A stretch of DNA of 64,000 nt from a bacterium. Its GTDB lineage: Bacteria; Patescibacteriota; Minisyncoccia; Phycocordibacterales; UBA2100. Made by a program: the position numbers and the translations under genes. Location: contig JAYPJF010000002.1 of the NCBI GenBank assembly GCA_038128225.1, forward strand, positions 191,751 through 255,750. The letters are read 5' to 3'. The notes under the pieces were generated by a model that saw only the letters and a list, made by a program, of their open reading frames with translations, was not told the DNA's origin and ran no database searches. How positions within the stretch are numbered: the first letter of the stretch is position 1; each line of letters opens with the position of its first letter. Below are positions 48,677 through 58,158 of the stretch, one piece after another.

Positions 48677-48844
48677 ACAACTGAATATTGGCTCGCAAGA
48701 GCAGCGACCTAAACCGTCTGAAAAGGCGGCATGGTCGAGGAATCGCGTTCAACATAAAAAACCCGTTATTAGGGCGTTGAACGCGTTATGGAGGGAAACT
48801 TCCATAGAGGTCTTCGGACCTTCCTAGTAGCGGGCTTTTTGTTT
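48677..48844 (+). ncRNA. candidate structured RNA or leader
   Basis: three GNRA and one UUCG tetraloop hairpins, a 10-bp stem, and loop-to-3'-end complementarity. Confidence 0.65.
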
Positions 48845-48870
48845 GGTTGCTTATCAAAGAAACCAAATAT

Positions 48871-49119
48871 ATGTCATTTCTTTTACATGCGTTGCAGGCA
48901 CTAGGTCTGTATCTTCTTTACGGCAAAATCTCTGCCCTTTTATGGTGGGGATTGCTTGCCCTTTTCGTGGCTTTCTATTTTGCAGGAAAAACCTACTACA
49001 ACGTATCGGATTCAGACGACCAAAAGGTAAAAGCTTTTTGGTATCAGATTCGGTCTCTCGTATTTATTACTGATATCGTTTCAGTGTTAGCTCTATATGG
49101 CTATTTCTTCCTACGATAA
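48871..49119 (+). CDS. small 3-TM membrane protein
   Basis: 82-aa hydrophobic ORF directly after the structured RNA. Confidence 0.6.
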   Translation: MSFLLHALQALGLYLLYGKISALLWWGLLALFVAFYFAGKTYYNVSDSDDQKVKAFWYQIRSLVFITDIVSVLALYGYFFLR

Positions 49120-49173
49120 TGGATTTTTACTGTATGCCCCAAAAGTCTTCATTTTTGCTAAAATTAATACCTA

Positions 49174-51588
49174 ATGAAAGGCACCGCAAACGTAAAACTT
49201 AGACCTCTGAAATTTGCCTTTTTGGTGAATCCAAATGATTCTAAAAGTCTTGCGCGTGCTTTGGAACTCAACGCTTCTTTATGGGGTGGCAGTTACAACC
49301 CGATAATTCCAACTTTCAATCGTATTCCAGCAGTTTGGCGTAAACGTGGAGATGTTTTTGGACACACAGGTAAAACCATCCTCAAGGGGTATATTGATGC
49401 CTTTAACCCAGACTTTCTGGTTCCACTGGGTGACTGTAAAAAAATGAAGCTTGATGATTTTGGTCGTGATGTAGTTGATGATAAAAATCTTGAGGTAAAC
49501 ACCGCAGACGGAACACCAAATTACGGTGTGGGCATTTTTGAAGTGCTGAAAGGCTTTTTCGATAAAGAACTGAAATTCAAAAGACGATATCCAATAAATT
49601 TTATTTTTCCTATTCTTCCTAAAAAGAATAGGCTTTTTTATCAGAGCATCTTTGGATTACCTTCTAAAGAAATACAAGATGTTCTTGTTGAACATTGGCG
49701 AGAACCGCTTGGCGCTACAGATAAAGAGATAGGCTTTGAGAACTATCTTACTGAAATGCTCGCTTATTATCCAAGAAAGCTGATGCGGTTTGAGATTGAA
49801 GCTTCAAATCGTTCGGGTTGGCAGAAAGGTGAATGCATATTTTTAATGGACGCAAGCAATAATCACGACATTATTGATTATTGGAACCTAAGAGCTAATG
49901 GCTGGTCGGTGCTGCCCGTTGCCATTCAAGGCATGCATCTTGATGCGGTAAAAAACGAGGCTCAAAAATTCATCGAGGAGACTTCGGGTGTTAGTAGGCA
50001 CAATACTCAAATTTATTATCACGCCAATTTGATGAAGGCGCGAAGTGTAGATGAGAAGCATGTAAAAGATTTTGCCGCCTCGCTTTCTCCTAAGCCTGAC
50101 GAAAAGGCACGAGGTTCACGATTCTCAATTCAAGCTTGGTATCCGCGAATGTGGGATGAGTGGGCACGCCATAAAGATGGAGTTGGATTTTGTGAAGTCG
50201 AGAGCAAGTCTAAAAGCTATGACTTTAATGATGAGTCTGATGAGGTTTCGGTAAAAACAGTAGACCCTAAATTTGCTTTTAGGTTCGGAGGACACAACAG
50301 TTATTTTAGGTTTGCGAATGACGTTGCGACTAATAACTACAGTTACGATGACCTATATGCTGATGTGATACCTGAAGGTGGAGAACATCTCACCCGCGCA
50401 CTTAGCTCAATTCATTTTGATGAATGGCGTTTTTCCAAAAGAGGAGCCACTTACATGTCCAAATTTAAAGGTTGGACCATTCATATAAAAGTTCCGAAAG
50501 CAGAAGATGTTTTTACAGCCTGGATGAAAGACCAAGGTCTAGAAATAAACCTGTCTGCTCCAGGGAAAATAGCCAAGCAGATGATAAAACACCTGGGAGG
50601 CATACACGGTACAAATACCCTCGCTAACGAGCACATGATTGCTCTCCTGAAGAACATGGAGTCGGGCAAAGAAATGAATAAGGACCAGTTTTGGGGTGAA
50701 ATATCCAAAGTGGCTTCAACCAGAACCTTTAGGCAAGATGCATCAGAACTACTGAAACATTACGTTGAGAAAAAAATGTTTCAGCTAGGAGTTACTCTTC
50801 AGTGTCCAACCTGCACGCACAGTTCTTGGTACGACATTAAAGCTCTTAATTATGTCGTTACATGTACGAACTGCTTGGAGGAGTTTAATATCCCCACCCA
50901 TTCGCCTAATGATATTAAATGGGCGTACAAAACAAGCGGACCTTTTGGACTTCCTAAAAGAGCAGAAGGCGTGTATCCCACACTTCTAACTTTGCGCATT
51001 TTCTCTTCTCTTTTTCACCATAGCCCAATAACTCCGATGCTTAGTTTTGAAACTAAAATCAAAAATGTGGCGATGGAAGTTGACCTTGGTTTATTTTTCA
51101 GGAAATCTCAATTTAGAGAGGAGGACGAAACACGAGTTATTTTTGCTGAATGCAAATCTGAAAACAGCTTTGCTAAAAGTGATATAGATAAGATGAAATT
51201 AATCGCCGAAAAGTTCCCTGGTGCTGTATTGGTATTTGCGACTCTTAAGGAAGAGCTAAACTCAAAAGAAGTTGCTCTACTCAAACCACTTGTAAATAAA
51301 TGCCGCCGATATTACAAAAACGAGGAGCCTTATAACCCAGTAATGATTCTCACCAAGACAGAATTGTTTTCTTCTTGGGATTTGAATCAGACCTGGAAAG
51401 AAAAAGGCGGTAAATATGCCCCCTTCGGCGACAGACACTATTACGGCGATGAGTTGCTTAGCGTGTGTGATGCAACGCAGCAACTATATTTAGGCATGAA
51501 GCCTTGGAATGATTTTATACACGAGCAGTTTGAAAAGAGGAGGAAAAAGAAAGCATTAGCAACACCAGGAACGGCGCTAAACCCGTGA
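49174..51588 (+). CDS. 804-aa uncharacterised protein with C4 Zn finger and C-terminal PD-(D/E)xK-like motif
   Basis: CPTC..CTNC; EVD...VIFAECKS. Confidence 0.7.
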   Translation: MKGTANVKLRPLKFAFLVNPNDSKSLARALELNASLWGGSYNPIIPTFNRIPAVWRKRGDVFGHTGKTILKGYIDAFNPDFLVPLGDCKKMKLDDFGRDVVDDKNLEVNTADGTPNYGVGIFEVLKGFFDKELKFKRRYPINFIFPILPKKNRLFYQSIFGLPSKEIQDVLVEHWREPLGATDKEIGFENYLTEMLAYYPRKLMRFEIEASNRSGWQKGECIFLMDASNNHDIIDYWNLRANGWSVLPVAIQGMHLDAVKNEAQKFIEETSGVSRHNTQIYYHANLMKARSVDEKHVKDFAASLSPKPDEKARGSRFSIQAWYPRMWDEWARHKDGVGFCEVESKSKSYDFNDESDEVSVKTVDPKFAFRFGGHNSYFRFANDVATNNYSYDDLYADVIPEGGEHLTRALSSIHFDEWRFSKRGATYMSKFKGWTIHIKVPKAEDVFTAWMKDQGLEINLSAPGKIAKQMIKHLGGIHGTNTLANEHMIALLKNMESGKEMNKDQFWGEISKVASTRTFRQDASELLKHYVEKKMFQLGVTLQCPTCTHSSWYDIKALNYVVTCTNCLEEFNIPTHSPNDIKWAYKTSGPFGLPKRAEGVYPTLLTLRIFSSLFHHSPITPMLSFETKIKNVAMEVDLGLFFRKSQFREEDETRVIFAECKSENSFAKSDIDKMKLIAEKFPGAVLVFATLKEELNSKEVALLKPLVNKCRRYYKNEEPYNPVMILTKTELFSSWDLNQTWKEKGGKYAPFGDRHYYGDELLSVCDATQQLYLGMKPWNDFIHEQFEKRRKKKALATPGTALNP

Positions 51589-51650
51589 AGACCTCGAACT
51601 TGACACATTTTGACAACCCTCCAGTAGACAAAGTAAAATATGAGGACAGT

Positions 51651-51830
51651 ATGATGACGCGAGAGAAATTTCTGACCCTTAAGGAAGTTGCGAAAATTCT
51701 GCGTGTCAGCGAGAGGTCAATTTTCCGTTATATTCACGGCGGCAAGTTGAAGGCAAGCAAAATTGGGTACTGGCGAATACGCGAAAAGGACCTTGAGGAC
51801 TTTCTCGCAAAGAACCGCGCTTCAAAGTAA
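51651..51830 (+). CDS. HTH_17 (excisionase/MerR-like) DNA-binding protein
   Basis: LTLKEVAKILRVS..SIFRYI..GKLKA.KIG.WRI. Confidence 0.88.
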   Translation: MMTREKFLTLKEVAKILRVSERSIFRYIHGGKLKASKIGYWRIREKDLEDFLAKNRASK

Positions 51831-51834
51831 CAAT

Positions 51835-52767
51835 ATGAAAACGGCAACTGCATCAAAAATGACAATCAACAAGAAACCTGCAAAGAAGGCGGCAAAAAAG
51901 ACGTACAAAATTATTGACCTTTTTGCGGGTATCGGCGGCTTTCACATTGCTTTCCACAATCTCGGCGTAGAAACAGTTTTTGCGAGCGAATGGGACGAGC
52001 ACGCACGTAAAACTTACGAGCACAATTTCAAGAAAATTACGCCTTCTCTTTTTGAGAACGGAAACTTTGCAGGCGACATCACAAAGGTAGATGCGGCTTC
52101 AATCCCTGATTTTGATATTTTGACCGGCGGTTTCCCTTGCCAGCCGTTCAGTCAGGCGGGTTTCAAAAAAGGTTTTTCTGATGTGCGCGGGACACTTTTC
52201 TTTGACATCGTTCGCATCATTGATACAAAACGCCCAGTCGCTTTCTTTATTGAAAATGTACGTCATCTCCTCAACCACGATGACGGCAAAACCTTTGCGA
52301 CAATCAAAAAAGTAATTGAGGAGGACTTGGGGTACTCTTTCCACGCAAAAATAATAAAAGCGTCCGACTTCGGCTTGCCGCAACACCGACCTCGCCTGTA
52401 TATGGTCGGTTTCCGTGACAAAAAAATACCTTTCAATTTCCCTGAACCGATACCGCTTCAAGCGAGTATGTCTGATGTATTCGGAGCACCCGTGAACAAA
52501 AAAGTGGGTTATACCCTCCGACTTGGCGGCCGCGGTTCTGGTCTGCACGACCGCAGAAATTGGGATACTTACCTCGTCAAAGGAAAGGCCCGCAGATTGT
52601 CACCGAAAGAAGGAAAGAAAATGATGGGCATACCAGACGATTTTGAGTTTCCTGTGTCAGAAGCACAGGCAATGAGGCAACTCGGCAACAGTGTCGCTGT
52701 AAATGCGATACAGGCCACTGCCGCGGAAATTATCAACTCACTCAACAACTACTATGGCAAAAGGTAA
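51835..52767 (+). CDS. DNA (cytosine-5)-methyltransferase
   Basis: DLFAGIGG, GFPCQPFS, ENV, PQHRPR, QLGNSV. Confidence 0.96.
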   Translation: MKTATASKMTINKKPAKKAAKKTYKIIDLFAGIGGFHIAFHNLGVETVFASEWDEHARKTYEHNFKKITPSLFENGNFAGDITKVDAASIPDFDILTGGFPCQPFSQAGFKKGFSDVRGTLFFDIVRIIDTKRPVAFFIENVRHLLNHDDGKTFATIKKVIEEDLGYSFHAKIIKASDFGLPQHRPRLYMVGFRDKKIPFNFPEPIPLQASMSDVFGAPVNKKVGYTLRLGGRGSGLHDRRNWDTYLVKGKARRLSPKEGKKMMGIPDDFEFPVSEAQAMRQLGNSVAVNAIQATAAEIINSLNNYYGKR

Positions 52768-53833
52768 TAAAGGCGAATGGAGTGAGTTCTATACGTTCCT
52801 GAAACTGCTTGCAGAAAAGCAGTTGAACGGTGCGGACGAAAATCTGCAAAAGATAGAGGATATTTTCTATCCGATTTTGAAAGTAATCCGCGAAGAAGCA
52901 ACGGGCAGAATGGATTACGAACTTGCCGAAAACAACAAAGTGAAGGTTGTGCAAACAGGTACAGAAGTCGCCCTCGTAGATGCTTCGGACCTCAAGTCGA
53001 AAGTGGTCCAGATATTTCAGACAATACGCGACAATCAGGATACTACTTTTGAAATCCCAGAAGCGGACGAACTGATGACTCGGTTCCATTCAAAGAAGTT
53101 GAGCGCTGGTAACTCTCACAAGGAAGACATCACTCTCAAAATTCACGACCGTATTACGGGCGCAATGCCGGAAGTCGGGTTCAGCATCAAATCAATGCTC
53201 GGTGCGGCATCCACACTTCTCAACCCTTCCGCCGCAACCAACTTTATTTACAAAATCTCGGGCCTTGATGAGAGTAAGATAGACGAAATAAACGCAATTG
53301 ATACTCGCTCAAAAGTACGTGACCGTCTTTCAGCAATTGTTGCGGCTGGCGGCAGTTTCTCCTATGCGGGCATCAGTTCAGATACGTTCACAAAAAACTT
53401 GAGGCGGGTGGATACGGTTCTGCCTGAAATAATGGCGCAGCTTCTTCTTGCCTTCTATCTCGGTAAGGGCAACGGGTTGCCAGACCTTATTTCAAATTTG
53501 GGTGACGGAGAAACCAACATTCTCACCTTCACGCTGGACCGCTCCGATTACGAGTTCAAGGTCAAAGGTCTCTTGCACAATGTAGCCCTCGGAATGGTGC
53601 CCGATACCGCTTGGGACGGCCTTATACGCGCTCACGGGGGCTATATCATCGTCAGGGAGGACGGAGAGGTGGTCTGTTACCACGTCTACAACGCAGATGC
53701 TTTCAGGTCTTACCTGTACAAGAACACCCGATTTGATACCCCCAGCACGACCCGCTACGGGTTCGGGAAGGTCTACAAGGAAGGCAACGACCTTTTCATG
53801 AAACTGACCCTGCAAATCAGGTTCATCAGATAA
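52754..53833 (+). CDS. HpaII-family type II restriction endonuclease
   Basis: NKGEWSE.Y, GFSIKS.LG..STLLN, GYIIV..DG, T.FDTPST.R, L.LQIRF. Confidence 0.85.
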   Translation: MAKGNKGEWSEFYTFLKLLAEKQLNGADENLQKIEDIFYPILKVIREEATGRMDYELAENNKVKVVQTGTEVALVDASDLKSKVVQIFQTIRDNQDTTFEIPEADELMTRFHSKKLSAGNSHKEDITLKIHDRITGAMPEVGFSIKSMLGAASTLLNPSAATNFIYKISGLDESKIDEINAIDTRSKVRDRLSAIVAAGGSFSYAGISSDTFTKNLRRVDTVLPEIMAQLLLAFYLGKGNGLPDLISNLGDGETNILTFTLDRSDYEFKVKGLLHNVALGMVPDTAWDGLIRAHGGYIIVREDGEVVCYHVYNADAFRSYLYKNTRFDTPSTTRYGFGKVYKEGNDLFMKLTLQIRFIR

Positions 53834-53837
53834 AAAT

Positions 53838-54251
53838 ATGGCGGACCGCATCTCACAATCACAGCGGTCAAAAAATATGGCCGCAGTCAAAAGCCGCGGC
53901 AATAAAACCACGGAGCAAAAACTTCTCGTTCTTTTGAGAGAAAATAAAATTACAGGTTGGCGCAGGCACTACAAGAAACTTGCCGGCACACCCGACTTTG
54001 CCTTTCCTAAACGGAAGGTGGCGGTCTTCGTTGACGGCTGTTTCTGGCACGGGTGCGAATGCTCAAGTATTCCTAAAACAAACAGAAAGTTTTGGAAAGA
54101 GAAGATAAATGGAAATATCAAAAGAGACAAACTCGTGGTTTCACTGCTACGTAAAAAGGGATGGTTTCCAATCCGCATCAAAGAACATGAATTCAAAAAT
54201 AATAAAATACCCACCAACCTTTTAAACAGACTTGGTGTTAAATACGGATGA
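53838..54251 (+). CDS. vsr: very short patch repair endonuclease
   Basis: RSKNMAAVKS, GTPDF, FVDGCFWHG, FWKEKI..N..RD. Confidence 0.93.
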   Translation: MADRISQSQRSKNMAAVKSRGNKTTEQKLLVLLRENKITGWRRHYKKLAGTPDFAFPKRKVAVFVDGCFWHGCECSSIPKTNRKFWKEKINGNIKRDKLVVSLLRKKGWFPIRIKEHEFKNNKIPTNLLNRLGVKYG

Positions 54252-54497
54252 CTTTTGGATAGGTTGTCCTGTGGCGGTATTTCCTCGGCACGGGGGGCCA
54301 CTTTGGGGGGATACCTAGGGGGTATGGGGGTATTTTTTAACTTAATACTAAGTCAGTACTACGCAGCTCTGGCACATAAAAATCGTCCGAGTTATCCTGA
54401 ATCCACGTTCGGATTGCCTCAACGGTGTGGAGCTTGGTAACGCTTGGGATTTCTTGTGAATCGTTGTTTGTCGCCTTTAAGTGTCTATACTTAGTGC

Positions 54498-54686
54498 ATG
54501 ACAAACAATGATGTAGAACTTGTAGATGTGGTTGATGAGAAGGGCAATGTTTTGGAAGTAGTGCCTAAACCGGACGCTCATAAGCGGGGGCTTCTTCACA
54601 AGACAGTAATGGAGCATTACGCAACGACTATCTCTGAGGCCGATAACTTCAAATACCGATTATTTCTTTTTAGTTTCGCCCGCTAA
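54498..54686 (+). pseudogene. truncated NUDIX/IDI-like gene
   Basis: ELVDVVDEKGNV...AHKRGLLH N-terminus with no NUDIX box; ends at 62 aa. Confidence 0.55.
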
Positions 54687-54758
54687 TATTGACATACTGT
54701 CGTATCTGTGATATCGTTAGTGCGGCTATCGTGTCCTTTAGATATTGGGAGAAAGCAA

Positions 54759-55172
54759 ATGAGCCTCACCATTGAGGACGAAATCTCTGGCAAGCCCGTC
54801 GTCATCGAGCGTCCGCTTCTGGCCGAGCACATCAAGGTCAACCAGGTGCTCTGGTACAACGGCTTCACCAGCGTCGGCAGCTGGGATTGCCCCGCAATCA
54901 TCACGCAGGTGGACGACAAGAAGAAGCGTTTCCGCGTCCGCTCGCTCGACGACATGAGAGAGCAAGACCAATGGTACAAGTTCTCCGTCTCGAAGCATTC
55001 GTCGGGAAGCCGCAAGACGATGCGTGTCGTCGAGCCTACCGAGGTCAAAGCGTACCTCGAGAAGCGCAGGCCGCAGCTCCAGGAGGCCGTCGAGGACGAG
55101 AAAGCGTCCCTTCAGCGGGCAGAAGCCGCTCTGAAGCACTTCGACGACATCCTGGCGACTCTGAACATCTGA
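54759..55172 (+). CDS. orphan hypothetical protein with GC-rich codons
   Basis: TTGACA promoter, GGGAG SD, terminator at about 55197-55225. Confidence 0.65.
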   Translation: MSLTIEDEISGKPVVIERPLLAEHIKVNQVLWYNGFTSVGSWDCPAIITQVDDKKKRFRVRSLDDMREQDQWYKFSVSKHSSGSRKTMRVVEPTEVKAYLEKRRPQLQEAVEDEKASLQRAEAALKHFDDILATLNI

Positions 55173-55428
55173 AGTGTCGCTGCACCGCCCTATCGAGAGC
55201 CGCCTGGCTTCGGTCGGGCGGTTTTCATTTGGCTAAGTCGGGAATGTAAAAGTACCCCGAATGTGTCTGGAAATAGGTTCTGACTTCAGACACAATGTGG
55301 AGCAAACGATTTTTAGTTTTAACAGAGCCGCTTTATTTTTAATCCGTGAAGAGAGTAGTAGAGTCGTAGCCTCGACAATTTTTATAAGTAAAGTATAACG
55401 AATTTGGCAACAGTTGGAGGACGCACCG

Positions 55429-55932
55429 ATGTCAGACAAAGGAATGGTTGAGAACGCTCGCGAGGCGGGCAAGCCAGCGCAACAGCCTGGCGATCGAGAA
55501 CTTTTGCTTCAGGTCGTAATGTTGCAAACAATGCTGAACTCGAAAATGTTTGAGTTTATGCGCGAATATCAGCAGCAAGACAACTGGGGAACCGACCGAG
55601 CCTTATTCCGAGATGGGTCTGGCCGCAAAACAAAGGTAGCTAATTTATTCGATGAGGTGAACCGGGTTGGTTGCTTGTTGAGTGAGGCCGTCTCCGCGTT
55701 TGCAGGAGAACGACTGTACGAAAAGCGAGATGAGAACGGCCGGGTAGTTGCCTTTTGCACAGTATGCGAAAAAGAAACTCCTTTCAGAAGGGAAATCGAC
55801 TCCCCTTACGGAATGCTTGAAGCGTATTTTCGTGATTGCGAACGACTCGTATGCACGATTTGCGATCGCGATACGATCTATCCCGGCGATGAACGGTTGC
55901 CTAGACTCAACTCGATCTTTCGTACCAGGTAG
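55429..55932 (+). CDS. orphan protein with CxxC...CxxC
   Basis: GGAGG SD; CTVC...CTIC. Confidence 0.6.
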   Translation: MSDKGMVENAREAGKPAQQPGDRELLLQVVMLQTMLNSKMFEFMREYQQQDNWGTDRALFRDGSGRKTKVANLFDEVNRVGCLLSEAVSAFAGERLYEKRDENGRVVAFCTVCEKETPFRREIDSPYGMLEAYFRDCERLVCTICDRDTIYPGDERLPRLNSIFRTR

Positions 55933-56103
55933 CAACCTCGCGAGTACAGCGAACAAGCGAGACCGCTTGGCATCTGCCAGGCGGTTTTCTTTTTAAACAA
56001 TCGGCATCTGCATCCTTTCTGTCTGTACTGAAAAAGGATCGAGGCCCAGAAACAGATGCGGCCGCCCTTGTGGGCGGCCGCATTATACTTTCCTTGCCGC
56101 GAC

Positions 56104-57975
56104 TTATTCGCCAATGAGTATAAGACGCGGAGCAAGTGTCATATTTGAGGCATCGACCGCTCCTTCTTTTGAGTAATATTCGATGCGACCGTTTTGATTC
56201 TCGTTTGTTTTTCTAATGAGCCACTCCGTGCGCCCATTGAGCACATCCGCGGTCACATCCCACCTAACTTCCCCTGTTTGGTTGTTAGTGTGAGTCACAG
56301 GCGAGGCTGTCGCCGCACCATACGTGCCCCCGTTCCATTGTGGATTACAATTGGCGACTTGATTTTCAATCGCAGTATCGATCGCGCAATTCCAAGTCAC
56401 ACCACTGCCAGTTCCTCGAGTTGCCTGCGCGGGTGGGAGACCTTCACCTTTGCCATTTCCCTCTGCAAATGTGGCAACGAGCGGATGTGCATCAACTGTC
56501 CGGCCAGTTCCCCAGTTGTTTCCATTTTCTGCAATCGTAAGCACAAGCTCTGCGGAGACATTTTCATGCTCTGTGAGAAACGCCGCAACTTCTGAAGCAT
56601 CGAAGCCGACGAGTGCGCGGTTATTGCCATCACTACGCACCATAAGATGCGGATTTGCGCCTTCGTTGCGATTACTCTGCCCAGCGCGCACGAACGCATC
56701 GGCGTTTGTTGTAAGCGTCACGCTTTCAAGCGGATTAAAGATGCGAGCGACAATCTCTCGGGGACTTGTGCCTTGTTGTGACTCCCATGTGGCTACGAAC
56801 ACGCCGTCTTGGAGTTGCGCCACCGGCTGAACAGTTGCACGCTGCGGTCCAGTTGAATACACGTTCATTTGGAAATCTGTGCCGATCTGCTGCCCGTCGA
56901 GATCTAAGAACTGTCCGTACACACCCAAATTACTTCCATCACGCTCATACACGTTCCACGTGAGAAGAATGGTTGAAGGATCATACAAGACCGCGCTGAA
57001 TCGTTCTTTTTGATTCGTCTCATCAGCGGTCACCAGAAATTCCGAGGTAAGCGGTGTGGCATTTTCATCGTAAAGCCGACCATAAACACCATGATCATCC
57101 TGCATGCGCAGGGCGATGAAGTTACCGTTGGGCAACGCGAGAACAAAACTTCGCCCTTCGTCACCACTGGTATTTTGATTCACCTGAAATTGCGTCCCCA
57201 CAAGAGTACCGTCATTTTCCATAAGCTGTCCGTAGACACCACCGGCGCTGCCATCTTCCTGCCACGAATTCCAAACCATTATGATTCTGCCGTTCGTAAG
57301 CTGTGTAATTGTCGGCCCTTCCTTCTGCCCGTTGCCACTCACTAGTATCTCGGTGCCAATCGGCGTGCCGTTTTCCGCATAGATGCGTGCTCGTACATCA
57401 GCCGGACTACCAACAGCTTTGTCGGTCCACGCTGCGATGAAGTTTCCACTCTGAAGAGGCACCACCGTCGAGCCAAATTGGTCATCCTCACTGTTCGTGT
57501 TTACGTGGAATTCTGATCCGACTTTGTTTCCATACTCGTCAAAGAGCTGTGCAAATATGCCGTAATCACTGCTAGTTCCGCCGTACTCTTGACCAATCGA
57601 CTCAGTGAGCACAACAAATCCGCCGTTTGCAAGCGGCGCAACATGCGAAGGAAACTGATCGCCAGAGGTAAATGTATTGATCTGAAATTCAGAACTTATT
57701 GCATTTCCTGCTCGATCGAAAAGTCGCCCATACCCCCCGTAACCGCTACCGTCCTGCCCAAGAGAAGCCCAAATGACGACAAAATCTCCGTTCGCAAGCG
57801 TTGCAACCTTTGGTTCGATTTGGTCGTTGTCGGTAGATGCGTTCACGACAAACTCGGCTCCACCATTTGCCGATTGCGCCTGTGCAATTAATGGAGAGAG
57901 AAACATGACCACCGCGAGTAATGAAAAAACAAAAAACTCTACGCAGAATTTCTGCGCAAAAAGCGAGGTATTCAT
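56104..57975 (-). CDS. secreted repeat protein (adhesin-like) with C-terminal DNRLRE/CBM-like domain
   Basis: signal peptide; about six EFxVN..DQ..P.V..L.NG.FV..W.S..DG..GVYGQ..D..G repeats; DAFVR...N.G...RALVGFD...YSKE..APRL. Confidence 0.75.
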   Translation of the reverse strand: MNTSLFAQKFCVEFFVFSLLAVVMFLSPLIAQAQSANGGAEFVVNASTDNDQIEPKVATLANGDFVVIWASLGQDGSGYGGYGRLFDRAGNAISSEFQINTFTSGDQFPSHVAPLANGGFVVLTESIGQEYGGTSSDYGIFAQLFDEYGNKVGSEFHVNTNSEDDQFGSTVVPLQSGNFIAAWTDKAVGSPADVRARIYAENGTPIGTEILVSGNGQKEGPTITQLTNGRIIMVWNSWQEDGSAGGVYGQLMENDGTLVGTQFQVNQNTSGDEGRSFVLALPNGNFIALRMQDDHGVYGRLYDENATPLTSEFLVTADETNQKERFSAVLYDPSTILLTWNVYERDGSNLGVYGQFLDLDGQQIGTDFQMNVYSTGPQRATVQPVAQLQDGVFVATWESQQGTSPREIVARIFNPLESVTLTTNADAFVRAGQSNRNEGANPHLMVRSDGNNRALVGFDASEVAAFLTEHENVSAELVLTIAENGNNWGTGRTVDAHPLVATFAEGNGKGEGLPPAQATRGTGSGVTWNCAIDTAIENQVANCNPQWNGGTYGAATASPVTHTNNQTGEVRWDVTADVLNGRTEWLIRKTNENQNGRIEYYSKEGAVDASNMTLAPRLILIGE

Positions 57976-58158
57976 AAAAATGTGTGCAAACTTATTAAAG
58001 GCGTACCAAACCCTAATAAAGCTGTCTTCAGTGTAGCATGAATTTTGCTGTGTTTTGAAACATAGCGGACAAAGTGGTTGTTGATTCCGGGCATTGTTTT
58101 TTCCTTAATAATATGTAGACTTTGCGCGGACCATAAGGTTCATAGGTAAACGAGAGGA

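Larger units (their letters stand above)
45102..54400. mobile_element. integrative element/genomic island at the tRNA-Asn 3' end (right boundary approximate)
   Basis: serine recombinase abutting the tRNA, visibly more AT-rich sequence, RepA-like ATPase, restriction-modification cargo. Confidence 0.75.

Noticed and set aside
48677-48844. Retron msr/msd or a group I/II intron
   Set aside because: There is no reverse transcriptase or maturase nearby, no interrupted gene, and the element is short.
51835-53833. CCGG avoidance as support for HpaII specificity
   Set aside because: CCGG occurs readily in both host and island DNA; no depletion is evident by eye.
45102-54400. Complete prophage or conjugative element
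   Set aside because: No capsid, terminase, tail, relaxase or T4SS genes are recognisable.
54250-56100. attR duplication of the tRNA-Asn 3' end
   Set aside because: No convincing copy was found by eye; serine recombinases need only a short core, so the right boundary stays approximate.
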